The notes beneath the pieces were generated by a model. It did no database searches. It was given only the letters and a program-made list of their open reading frames with translations, and was not told the DNA's origin. From Lytechinus pictus (taxonomy: Eukaryota): a stretch of DNA of 64,000 nt. Below are positions 1 to 13,559 of this stretch, piece by piece. The stretch is taken from the NCBI RefSeq assembly GCF_037042905.1, contig NC_087251.1, positions 20,152,001 through 20,216,000 on the forward strand. Direction: 5' to 3'. Numbering within the stretch: position 1 is the stretch's first letter; the number at the start of each line of letters is the position of its first letter. A program made the position numbers and the translations under genes.

Positions 1-1030
1 AGAAGGCATGGAGTGGGGGTAATACATTACAGTTGGAAAAGGGATTACCGTATAGTTCAGTAGTTCAGAAATAGTATTTATGAGTTGGTGGGGGAGGGGG
101 GATACACAACAATAAACAATAACAACAAGTCGATACAGATGAGGAGTCAAGAGTCATAGCCAAAAGGGAAGTAGATCAAGAGGAATTGATGATCAAACAT
201 AAAGAGAAGAATAAAACAGCGAAATAAATCTATAAGAGAGAGGAGAAAACAAACAAATTATGGACCTCTTCAGTTCGACCATTGGGGCTCAATCAGGATG
301 CATAAATCATCCTGTGATATGAAAATGCAATTAATTAATTTATACACATTACAATCAATTGTAATAATAAATGTATGGCAAATCATGCACAAATAATTAT
401 ATATTATAGATATTGATCGCATATCCTTACGTCACAGGGTCCTGGACATACACTACATCTACATCTACTGCTGACCTACTTAATTGTGTAGGTATGCATC
501 TCATCCAATGTGAATCTAGTTCCTACAAACAAACCATAAATAAAACAAGCAGGAAGAGATAGGTTGGAGAAATATTCCAACAGTGGTGTGAGCACTCCTT
601 TTTGTCATCGCGCTCTCACCTCAGCCCCTTAACATCTGCAGATTCGGACACGTTCCCTAACTCTACTTCCACCTATTAAGTCCAGGCATCTCGGCTCATG
701 ACAAATTATTTAATATTCAGAAGCCCTATGGCTGTTATTCCGGTGGATTTCCCTTTTCCATGCCATCTATAAATGTAGATCAGTTTCATTTCAATTCAAA
801 ATTCAATAATTACATTTTAGGGGATTGAATGACCTCAACAATTAAATCATGTACAGAATATTATACTTTGAATTCAAATGTTACTATGGCAAGCTGTCTC
901 CGCAAATCTACTAACGGCACATTAATTTTCGAATGTATTCAATTGGCAGTGAACAATTTAATTGAATCCTCAATTTAAATGGAATATGCAAATTAATCCC
1001 AATTCTGAGTAAGTTAATTCCTTGTTTCTT

Positions 1031-1722
1031 CACGGTGGCTCAGTGGTAGAGTATCCAGAAGATTGTGGGTTTGATCCCTGCCAAGTCATACCAAAGACTT
1101 TAACAATAGGTGGTTTCAGACCGCCTCGAAGTTCGTCAGTTCCAGGTATTCTCTGATTGGGAAATTTACCCAGATCAGAAAATACCAGGTATTTTGGTAA
1201 TGTGAAAGCAAACTACGCGTAATTTCCCCGAAAGAAAATACCCGCTAAATAGTAGGTACTTGGCGAAATTACGAGAACTTTCGCGGGGATTTTTCCAAGG
1301 TCGCAGGTATTTTGGCAATGTGAAAGCAATTTACGGGAACTTTTAGCCAAGCGTGTCGTTGGGCGCGGGCGCCGTGGGTGGCTGCTGGGCTAGTGGTTTT
1401 GAATCTCGTGCCTTGCCTGCTTATTAGACCATACTGCGCATGCTCCTAACTTCAGGAATTTATCCCGAAGGGTATGTTTCGGGGCGGTGTGAATGCAGGA
1501 ATAATTAATGGGTATTTTTTAGCCTAAAAATGTTCTCGTAATTTAACGGGGATTCTTGTGATCGAGGCGGTTTGAAACCGCCGTATGGGATCTTCTGCCT
1601 CAAGGATCTAGTTGCTCAGCATTCAGATTGGAGAAGGGTAATAATAACATTGTGTATGGGGCCCACTGGTAGAGCAGTGGCTACCAGGGGTAAATAAAAT
1701 GTTGTTATAATTATTATTATTA
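1031..1722 (+). mobile_element. Degenerate tRNA-derived SINE interrupted by a MITE
   Basis: A box tggctcagtgg, B-box-like ggtttgatccc, core gtcataccaaagacttt; resumes after 1585 and ends in aataaa plus (TTA)n. Confidence 0.6.
1109..1582. mobile_element. MITE / non-autonomous DNA transposon (PIF/Harbinger-like, inferred)
   Basis: TIR ggtggtttcagaccgcctcga ... tcgaggcggtttgaaaccgcc; flanks ata/gta; internal direct repeat caggtattttggyaatgtgaaagcaa. Confidence 0.8.
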
Positions 1723-4700
1723 TGAAATGTCTTCAATTGTAGATAAAAGCCACTTACAGTATTATAATATAGCATAAACACTATGAAATATGCTCTCACG
1801 AATGTATTCCTGATTTCATCTCTATCATATAAAGGAGGAATGACTACTACTATGACTACAGTGACAATGTCCTTACAATCTGGATAGATAAATTAACATG
1901 ACTACCTGAAGATCCCGCCTAGTTCAATCAAAAGACGTCATTCAAGATGGGGGTTGAATGAATGATTCATAACGCAGCTCTGACTCACAAAGTAACACTT
2001 ATATACTATAGAGATAACAGGGTTTCTTTTAGTCTACTCTCAAGACATCATCTGTGCTTCTCATCTCTCTCTCTCTCGTTCTCTCTCGCCCCTTCTCTCT
2101 TTTACAGGGCCTTCAAAAATTTTAATTTGAAAGTTGTAATAGGTCCATGGGAGCATGCAATCGTTAACAATATTAAAATGTGGGTTTTACAGCTATGATA
2201 AATATGGGATGAATAAAAGTATCTAAATAAGTATAATAACTGATTTGCGAGTCTTAGAGTGACAATTTCTGGATAGCAAGATTTTTGTGAGAAACGATGA
2301 AGGAAATTGTGTGTTTGTCGGGGGGGGGGGGGGGGGGTGGCTTACGGCACAAGCAGCAATTCATCTTAATTGCAAATAGTTGAATATACATTTATGTTGA
2401 TATAATTTTCTTATAATGTGCCAATATCTCCCTGTCATTTATACTTTATAGCATTAAAAGATGTCTAGACTTCCAGTAGATTCTCATGTGCTTCTGATGC
2501 AATACATTAATCCAGGCAACGAGAGAAATTAATTTCTGACATCTATAAATAGACTACATCAGACAAACATTAACATATCAATAGCATAGGCAGTCATCAA
2601 ACTGTGAACATCAAACAAATTGTTGGGTTCAAGCCGCAGAGTATCAGATGTATAATATTTACAAACATCCCTGTATATGAATTAGCCAAACAAACATTTT
2701 AATCAGTATGAAAAATTTGTCCTTGTTGATTTTCAGGAGTTTTCCTTTAAATCATAAATAATGGTGACTTTCGTGGAGGGTTCAGCGATAATAGAGATCT
2801 TTGAGAACAGAAATTTGAATTATACAATGAAGGGACAAAATCATCTTATAGATGATTGTAACATTTGTATGATGGCCTTCTTTGTTTCATTATACTGTTA
2901 AAAATGCATGTGTTTTGATATTCAATACTGTGGTCGTTGAACTGATTCTTATTGTGGCATTAATGAAGCAGAATGGTACTGCTGTTCTCATACAATAAAT
3001 GGTAAGCTGGTTCAAGTTACTGACATGAGCACCACTTAAATCTCTAATTGAGAAACCCCTTCAAAGTGAACTTTCCAGTCAAAGCACCCAGGCTATGTTT
3101 TATCTAGACCCCAAAATGAAAATAAAACCAATTCACTGAAAACTCAACCCTAGCATTTGGCTGATCTTATTTGGCTTAGCTGTCGTCTAGGCAGATATCT
3201 TGTCTAATCCACTTTGGAAACTCGTCAGAGGGAGTTCACACGAAAGATCCAAAATGCACGGGGGAGGAAAACAGCTTCCGGATATCACTGACAGCTTATC
3301 GTTCATGATGGGAGGTTCTGGGAATAAGAAGAATGTTGCAACTGAAGTAATGTGCTCCCTTGCTGATATTTAATGTAAAATGGTTTGAGGACGAGGAGAA
3401 AAACAGACAATGTATTATTCAATGCTTCAGTATTAACATGAGTAAGGGATAGCCACAAATAGATTCAAACATTCAAACCTATTTGAGGGAATTCATGTTT
3501 TGTGCTTTATATGAAATTGCAGGAAGGCAAATCATCACATGAATCCTATCAAATCCAGCGAGAGGGCTAAAAACCTCATTTATGAAGGTTCATTCTCAGT
3601 TGAAGTCAAATCCTAGTTGTTATAACAATCATTAATTATCCAACATAATGACCATCGTGTATTTTAAGTAAAAGTGCATGTAAACATCCCCTACTTAACA
3701 AAATGAAAAAGGTAATTATTAGATAAATACTTCTAAATGTTCAAAATAAATTGTCAAATACTTATTTTTTTATCACAAGGGATTCACCATATATTTGAAT
3801 ATCAGATTGAGAATTTTCTGAGCATTCATGCCAAATTCTTAAACACTATTGTAACTTTAGTTTAAATGTATCTCCCCCTCCCCCTCTACAAAAAATGTTG
3901 TCAATAGTCAAATTAATTCTGGACAAAGTTAAACTGCCTTTGACATCACAGTACACTGATTCAAAATGTTACATTTATTTTTAAATGCCTCATTATCATA
4001 TTGTTGATATTGGATAGCTCCATGATACTCGATGTAGCAAAATTTGCCTACAGTACAAGTTTGCATGTATGGCTGGAGGTATTTAATAATCAACGTGGCA
4101 TTGGGTCAGAAATAATTACAGCAATCATCCAGCCATCATGCCTTGGCCAAGATCTCCAATAATCCTTGTTACAAGACCATCGCGCTGCCAATTTGATCTA
4201 AATATAGCACCAAGCATGTAATGATCTGTCGTAGGATGTCATGGTCACTCTCAGATGTTGTTTCATCGAAACATCTGTCAATATATTATAATCAAATCTT
4301 GTTTTTCACGACTGAGAGCTAGAGAGACATGTGATGGTGATGATATTACATTGGTCATTCAATACAACTTATATCAATAATATGACAAATTGATATATAG
4401 ATATTAAGGTCAGTAATGTTGACGGGCCTCAAGCAATTGAAAAACTCTAGAAAGTAAATCAATTTAAATTTAAATCTTGGGCCTCAGACTCAATTTCCTG
4501 ATAACTGAATCAAACTAATTTTGTGTGAATCCAACACTGAAACCGGTGATTACCTTTATGTAATCAATATATTTGAGGCTAGACAGAAAAGAATTGCTCA
4601 AAATTTCCTTGGCAACATGTCAATATGATAAATATTGGAGGTATACAAAAAGTAAAGACATTTTTGGACAGATACAAAATAACATTCTTAGCTGTATTAT

Positions 4701-5365
4701 ACAGAAAATTGTTTCTAAAGTATTAAGGTACCAAATAATCTCCTTTTAATATGAAATGTATTTGAAGTAGCCCATTAAAACAAAATAGAGAAATGATATA
4801 CATGTAGGGCCTCCATGTGGCATTAGAAAAGTAAAGCATATATATATCCGCCACACTCTACAAGTTATATCCGACCAGCCTTTACTTTGTCTGATATTTC
4901 ACGTGGCAAAATGCTCAATAATTTAAAGATGAATCTTTATGTCTATGGGAATGGCAATACGATTGTAGGCTAGTGTATAAGTTGTATTCAAGAAATGAAA
5001 GTGGTATCATTTTGCAATGCACTTTCCTCCAGGTCAACTTCTATTCAGAGTCATCTCTGATTCCATTGATAAGAGAGTTTCTTTGATAGACCTTGTGATA
5101 TCTACTCCCACATACATCTTATTGACAAGTTTCATGGAATTTCAACAGGGGAAACTGCAATATGAAAATGTATTTGATGAATCTAACTTAATCAATCATA
5201 TGACTTTCATCTACATGTAAGATGTCATTCAATATGGTGTGGGCAATTGACCCTGGCACCATGCTACTGAGGGTCTATATATATTCTACTTCAAGAATGA
5301 TGAAAATGTCCTTGGTATCAGCCTATTTCATTACTCAAAATTCCTATCATATAATGTGAAAATGA

Positions 5366-5545
5366 ATAATAATAATTTATGAGGCACCGATTATGTAGAT
5401 GCCTATTCAATGATGCACTATTTATTACCCCCACTATGCACTATAGTTCCAGCTGCTATAGGCACTTGGTGCATTCAAGGAGTTAATCCTGCTGGATACC
5501 CACTTACCTCACCTGGGTCGAGTGCAGCATTATGTTGATAAATTT
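5366..5545 (-). mobile_element. 5'-truncated SINE copy, same family as 63071-63352
   Basis: Shares ttacctcacctgggtcgagtgcagca and the (AAT)n tail. Confidence 0.7.
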
Positions 5546-8500
5546 GAAATAAATTAATCTTGTTGTGTCGTTTTGATATTATTACCTTCTTTATTCACGG
5601 ATCGATTGTTTATTCATTATATATCTATTCATTTATTCATTACATAATCTGTCTAATCATTTATTGATCATTATCCTCAGGGGATGGGGACTCAGGGTGA
5701 TACAAACATTTTTGATCTGAAGGATAAATAGTTTCTCCCTTAACTACATGACTGTTGCCTCACAGGATGTTTTGAAGCAAGGTGTGATATTTTTAATTAA
5801 AAAATGGGCCCTATGTGGTGATCAGGGGTAGACTTATATGGATTTAAAGTCATCAGTGGCTCAATGTCATGTATTCATCAACTCAGCAATATTCATCTAC
5901 TCCGCAATTCACATCTCATGAATTCAAGCTCTGGGTGATACTGTTGGTATGCAGCAGTGCTTTTCAATCTTTGTTATCAACATTTCAATTCAGAGGATCT
6001 TATGAAACTAGCATCATCTGAATGCAATTGTCTCGTCGAAAGTTGCCAAGAACATGCAATATCAGCTTGGATTGCAAACAGAAAGTTGGAATTCCGGTGA
6101 TTCTCCCATTCTTATTGCTTAATCACATTGAAATGTACCCCTCAATGAGAAAGAAAGAAAGAGAAAGGTGTTTTCCTGTGATCCCAGGGATAAGATGAAA
6201 GTGAATTTGGGCAATGGTTGTTCATGGCATTCACACCACTGGAGATGGGTTTCTCACCTGCTTCTAGTCTTCAAACAATGCATGGGTGGATGCATCAATT
6301 TACTGGATGTCATCCTCTCTCCTCCATCTCTATTCATCACCATGGCAACAGACAAGGAGATGAAGGGGGACAGTAAGGGGGACAGATTGGAGGGTCTGTG
6401 TTGTTTACATTGTAGAATGAAGGGAAAGAAGTGATAACAACCTGAAATAAGTTTCTTTACAGGAGTGAAGGAAGGGTCCCAGTCTACTATTGCTTCTTAC
6501 ATCAAATGCATTAAAAAAATATTGCATTGTTTCAAAATTACTTCTTTGTTTATATACTACATCTTTGGAACAGTTAATGAGGACAAAATGAATTGAGTCT
6601 TGGGCTTAAGAAAATGAAAGGAAATGATGGGTAGAATGTGTTCAGGAAGGTGAATATGAAGAATATATGAGCCTCCCAATGTAAAAACTAATCAGCTGAA
6701 ATCAATTAGGGATTATCACAAATTGGAAATGGTTGGATACACCACACACTAGTGAGCTTCTTTTAATCACACACCTGTAAGCAAAAGGAATTGTTCCTTT
6801 CCGAGCTTTTGAGAGGTTGGAAATGAGAAGAACCGTTGACCCAGTAAATAAGATTAGCTGTCAGAAGTGATATAACTCAATAGCTCTGTTTTCCTTATTC
6901 ACAGAAAAGCAATTTTGGTGATCTGCTTCAAAATACTTTTGATTGCTATTTCCTACTATTCTCACATTTATATACAACAGGAGTTTTTAACTGGGCATCA
7001 GTTTGTTGCCATACAGTTGAGAATGAGTGCTGTATTCAATTAAAGCCACAAAGGATTCCCCTGATTTTCCCGATTTGTGAATGAACTTTGTTCAATTTCC
7101 CAATGGTATTGTGTAATTCAAGAGATTTGCAGACCTTCTTTCACACTCAAGAATTTAAATTTGTGAAGTTTATTTAATTGAGCAAACATCCAAACTTCTG
7201 GATAACTGTTATGTTTCAAGGGAAGTGATGGATTTTGTTCCTTTTTATAAATTAATGTACCCAGATGTCAGAGCGTTCTTTGTGCAATAAGAGTTTGAAT
7301 TAGTCTTTCAAATTTCTATGGGATTACTAAATATTGTCCTTTAATTCATCAATTCATAATTCTGGATAGCTACAGAGAATATTTATGAAATAAAAATTTG
7401 CCGTACAATATACACTCACTTTGCTAGGAACTGGAGTACATCGCAATTTTCAACAGTGCACTGTACATTTACCTAAGTAAGAGGATGTTTATGGGATATC
7501 ATTTACCCCCCCCCCCCCGAAAAAAAAATGAGGAGGCTATGCCTCCTTCAAACTAAACAGACATTATGTCAATTCTCTAGAATTAAATTTGGTAAATGTG
7601 ATCAGTTAAGTGCTATAAGCGAGAACCGAAGTAGAAGCAGGGCATGCATGGAACATAATACTTAATACTTTAGAGCCGTGGATATAAAATGAAACTAAAC
7701 TCAATGAACTTGTCCTAGCACACCTGTGTTGGAAGACAGCATGGTTTCTACATCTATATACTCCTGAATAGAGGGAATAAAAGTGGATATAAAGTCCTTA
7801 TTGACAAGACCTTACTAGTATTGACAGAGCGTACGGTCTGTGTTTGCCTTCTGCTATACAGTACTGGTGTACCTTCAAAAGGAAACAATGAATCTAAAGC
7901 TTGGTCGAGACATTGATGGCTGTTAACCTTTGTTTCTTTTTTCTTTCTTCTTTCTTTTATGTGTCTCATTTTCCCCTCTCTATAAAGATGAATATAAACC
8001 CTGTATGATTTTTTTACATTCACATTTGCTATTACCTGTTAAACTTCATATATGGGAGGTATTTTTAATTCTTCAACATAATGGCATTTCTAACTTGAAC
8101 CAGATAAATACCGATCAGTTTCATACATAGCCATTCCCTCTACGACATACTCTGTGTAGTCATACACAATTTTCACAAATTAATCTCCTGAATCAGTTTG
8201 TAAGCATGATATTTAATACAGGGCCTACGCAATCAATTGGAGGAATAGAGCCAAACTCATATATAAATTCATTATAACCCAGCTTAGAGAAAGCCTAAAA
8301 TGTTGTTCATCTTCAAGGAATTAAACATATTTTTATTTCCTAAACACTAGAACTTAGTCACAATATGTCTGATCTTAGATCCATCTTCCTTAACATAGTC
8401 ATGACTTTTCCCCTTGAGATGCCTGAAACAGAGTTATGACATTTTTAGCTATTTTATCACAAATTAAACATTATTTTCTTCCACTGATACATACTCTTTT

Positions 8501-9279
8501 AATGCTGAGAGGAAGATGATGTCAAACCTAGAAAATCATCCTAAAATAGCTCTGCAAAAACAAGATTGCTTAACAGTTATCAGTGCATACCATACCCATT
8601 ATAGGTCAGGTTTATAAATGAAATATATTGTTGCTCATGAGCAATATTTAGCTTCAAATGTCACCACCCACAGAAGTAACGTTGAAAGTCAGGATTATAA
8701 ATAAAGTCAGCGATAATTCACATTTCCCTTCTGATTATCCTCCATTGACTTGATTACAGCAAATCTACTTATTTCATTTAATGTTAAGATGAAGTAGGGC
8801 AACATGAGTAACATATTGATATCCAGGTTAGCAGCCCTTGAAGCTCCATGGCATAAAACAGGTCGCAGTTGTCATGGTTGCATTGTGGTTTAAAGATGAA
8901 GACAAGTTCTAGGCCTAATAGCACTAAGGTTTTTGATGGATTGCAAATTATTTAAAAATAATAATTTCTTTAGTGGTTAGAAAACATTATAGATTTTATT
9001 AGCAAAATCCATTTTTTGTTTGATAGTAAAATTTTGTGTTAGGGAATCCTATTCAAAACAACATTTCATTACGCCAGGTCAATTGCACTACACAATGAAA
9101 TGTATGTTTATGGGACCACATAAAACTATCATGCAGAAAAATTCAGCTCTTTCTTGTCCTAATTTGAATGTATAATGTAAGGGCAATGGCTTTTTCAGTA
9201 TAGTTTTTTTCGCAAAAATAGCAGGAAATGATGAAAAAAATAATGTTTTCATCTTTCCCTCAACTGGAAATTCCCTTAA

Positions 9280-9861
9280 AGGGATGGTCCGGGCTGAAAG
9301 TATTTATAGCTTAATAAATAGAAAAGAATTCACTGAGCAAAATGCCGAAAATTTCATCAAAATTGGATAACAAATATCAAAGTTATTGAATTTTAAAGTT
9401 TAGCAATATTTTGTGAAAACAGTCGTCATGAATATTCATCAGGTGGGCTGATGATGTCACATCCCAACTTGTTCTTTTGTATTTTATTATATGAAAATAG
9501 GTTTATTCAAATTATTTCCTCCAAGAACTAGAAAAATTGAATTGACAACTGATTTAGTGCATTAGATATTTATTGCTGCAACTTATTTCATTATAAGGGA
9601 GACATATTATTCACACAAGTATGAAATAATGAAAAAAATATGATTTTATGTAATAACATAAGAAAACGGAAAGTGGAGATGTGACATCATCAGCACACCT
9701 AATGAATATTCATGACGACTGTTTTCACAAAATATTGCTAAACTTTAAACTTCAATAACTTTATTATTTGTTATTCGATTTTGATGAAATTTTCGGCATT
9801 TTGCTCAGTGAATTCTACTCTATGTAATAAGATATAAATATTTTCAGCCCGGACCATCCCT
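9280..9861. mobile_element. TTAA-flanked foldback MITE (Kolobok-like termini, inferred)
   Basis: TTAA|agggatggtccgggctgaaa ... tttcagcccggaccatccct|TTAA; inverted arms of about 190 bp. Confidence 0.9.
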
Positions 9862-12800
9862 TTAAAACTAAATTTATGAAATTTAGTTGATATAAATACA
9901 GGCCTAATTCCTATCAACATTTTAACTCAATATCAAAATTTAAAAGTTAATGTCCCAATGGAAAGGGGGGCTCAAAACTGTATCAATGTACAAGCAATAA
10001 TTGGTTTTTAAAACCAATTCCTGAACAATTCTTCATAAATTTTACCTTCTGAACAATTGAACATTTATGCTCTTCTAATGGTCTGCTACTGAAAACAAAA
10101 TCCACATCAATATGAGAGGAAAGATAACCTATCATGGTTTGATATATTTTAAAATCATTTCTTAAATCAAGATACAGAATGTATTAACCTTTATAACCAG
10201 TCCTTTTCTTTAAATCTGAAACAACCCCTTGTTTCAAAGGCATGGGGAAAATGAATCCTAATAATTAATTTGTTATTTTCATCCTGTAATTAGGTCATTA
10301 TAACTGGCTAGACACCAAAACAAGCACCATGGGTCCAATAAAAAGTAACATGAAACTCTCGGCATGCCCAACTAATGTAATATGATAAACGGAATTGAAT
10401 TTGGCATGCTCCCATGTTCACTCTGCGCATTTCTTCACTCAAGTCGAGCATGGTGGATATCGTGGGTACAGAAACAAAGGAATATATCTCAAAATCATAA
10501 GTTTCTGAGCCTGGCTTGAAAAAAAAGAAGCCATATGCATCTTCAGTACATTTCAAAAGGAAGTGATTCCAAGGAATTGGATGAGGGGGGAGGGGTGAAA
10601 TTAGGCATATAGAGTTTTAAAAAAAAAGCATTAAGCAAAAAAAAGGTATTTTTCATGATTTTGATAAAGTTGTGGGAATCAGGCAAGGCATCATCTGGCA
10701 TGTCATCTATTCCATTTTCTTACCTTAAATTTAGGCTTAGATATCAGTGAGTTGGAGTTCCTCCCCTCTCCTTTCATTCTTTTTACATGAGAAAGAAATG
10801 GAATCAATATAATTCTGAATAAAGTGATGTTCATTCTCTTTTCTGCATGTCCATGCAGTTGGTCAAAATGCAATGAGCATTCGTTATGCATTTTCAAGGG
10901 AGGGAAAGCTAAAGGGGTTTGGAGAATGGTAATAATGAACATAATTTCATGAAATTTTTGAACAATGATAAAGTACTGTCTCCTTACTAGAGATCAATGA
11001 AAAGATGGAACAGAATTAAATAATAATATCTAATGTGATGTGTCTTTGGAGCATTTATTTATTGTTTTTATACTGTTCTAAAAAAAGAATAGAAAGAAAT
11101 TTCAAGAGGCATTACTGGGAAATGCAGGTGATGATAGGGTGAATAATAGTAATAAAATAAATTGCCAATGAGTATGAAAGGGGAAAATGAAATTCAATTT
11201 CAAGCTTGGGCAAGATGCGTCATTACCTTTTTCATTATACACTCTCATATATTTTTCATTTATAATGGTGGGGGGATGTTACATAGCCAGAATCTGGTCG
11301 GAATAATCTTTATAATTATTCAAAGTATTAAAAAAATGAGGATAATACAGGGTATTTGAGTACTATTTTATTATAAAACCAGTCAGAATTACTAATCTGA
11401 AGAATATGAAAGAGGCTAACTTCGAGTCCTATTATTAATAGGAGTTCCAAGCATAGGGCTAAATGACAAGTGCCACATCTGAATCATAGCATGGCACACA
11501 AACTCAGACTTTCATTGACTGTGGTCAACTGAGTCATGACATAAAGATAATAGCTGTAAGTCATTACGTTCAAGCAATTAAAAAGATGATACACACTGCA
11601 TGACTTCAACAGGCTCTTGGCAACTGTTCATGTGGAGTTTGCGGCTTACAGTTTTCAGAAGAAAGAACCTGGATCACTTAAACCAGTTTATCAAAGTATG
11701 CTCAAGTCAATGAGTACATTCTATTGATTTATTAAAGATACATGGGGAATCACAAACACAAATGATATATCAAAGGATGGTAACTGCCAATGTTCAAGCA
11801 GTTCCCCGTTTTCAAAGCCCACCCACTGTACAGTTTGACCTAGGAAATAGAGGTCAACTTGGATTATGCACACTGTATAACCAAACTGAAAGAAGTTTCT
11901 CTACTGTTTTGAATCAAATTTTATGTCTGTGGTCTGTAGATTTGCCTTTCAAAACATACCTTCTTTCCCAAATGTTTCATGTTTTCATTTGGATAGATGC
12001 TTATTTTTATTACAAAGTAAGGAAACATGATTAAACTCTACCATGGTTAGAATCATACAACTGTGAAAATGTGTTAACTGAACAAAGCCCCCAAATTAGC
12101 ATTTTAGAAGAGTAAGGCACCTTAAAGAATAAGAAAGTATCAATTCATTATGGATCATATATATGCATGTACAAGCTTGTAATCTGTAATGAAACAAAAA
12201 TTGTGTACTATAATATAAGCATATATATATTTTTGTTATTATTGATGTATATTAACAGGTGGCTGCCTGAAAATATATGATTTATACATATCATACAGCC
12301 GAGGGACCACACCACGCTGCTACGTGACTGGGAACACATTCGCAATAAATACTTCTATTTTTTCAGACAGGAATAAATGCACTCTGCAACCGTGCCCTCT
12401 GATACCAATCTAACATTTGTTTGATAAGAGATTATTAAGATACAAGATTTCCTGTATATTGTATTTGCTATTTAATATTTTAGACCAAAGTTCATTTCAA
12501 TAGGTAATATGTTGTTTGTTCAATAGAAAAAATGCTCAAATGAAAGATAACCAATGTTAAAATAAGCTTTGAAGCATTCCATTCTAAGAAGTGAAAAAAG
12601 TAGAGAATCACACAAAGAAAATATATTCCTTTCAAAAGTTCTTCGTGCATCTGATCAGCTTGGTGCCATCATAGTATCATGATTGATTTATCAAATTTAC
12701 TGTCACTGTTCACTATTTTGGTAATGATCAGTTTCAATATAGTATTTGAAGAACACCCCCTCTTCTTTCTGCATAACAGGTTCAGGCATAGGGCAATCAT

Positions 12801-13163
12801 TGGACAAACAAACTGTTGATAACATAAAATTCCAAAAGAAAAGACAAATACTGAATTTTATTATTTTTTAGAAAGGAATTCAGGATTCAAGGAGAGTAAT
12901 CACTATCTTGCGCATTTTCACTCACTCTGTTTTAAAATCAATTTCAGCAATAAACATGTCTCTTAACCCATTGAGTCATGAGGAAACTGGGGCTGTGTCT
13001 ATCACCTTATCTTCAAGAGTATAATGAGATGATCAACATTCATGGATTGTTAATATTAGCATAATGCTTGTTTGAGAATATCTTATCATTTCTTGTCAGT
13101 GATTTCCAAGGGGAATATCAGATTTTTACATGTAACATATTAATTCCACTTCCATACTTTTAA

Positions 13164-13559
13164 AGGTAAATACCAGTTGTTGGTAACGATCTCAAAATGA
13201 ATTCGGACAAAATCCAATTAAATTACCACTAAAGTGTTTGTATGTACTGTAGAATACAAAATATGTGCCAAATAGCTCTGGAAGAAATTCAGAATTGCTA
13301 AGAAATGGGCAAAATAAGCATGTATTTCCATCAAATGTCAGGTATTTTTTTCGAAGCAATATTAATACACTGTCCCACATATGCTTTTCTGTGTAGTGAT
13401 CATCAGAATTATGGATTTGAACTAAGTTTTCATGATTTTAAAAAGATTAGTTTACATTAATGTACCAGATCTTGATGTATGATAACATTCTGACAATTAA
13501 CTTGATTTAAAAGACTTTCCCACGAAATAATTATTTGCTGCAACTACTGTCTTTTACCT
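13164..13559. mobile_element. TTAA-flanked MITE with short TIRs
   Basis: TTAA|aggtaaataccagttgttg ... caactactgtcttttacct|TTAA. Confidence 0.7.
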
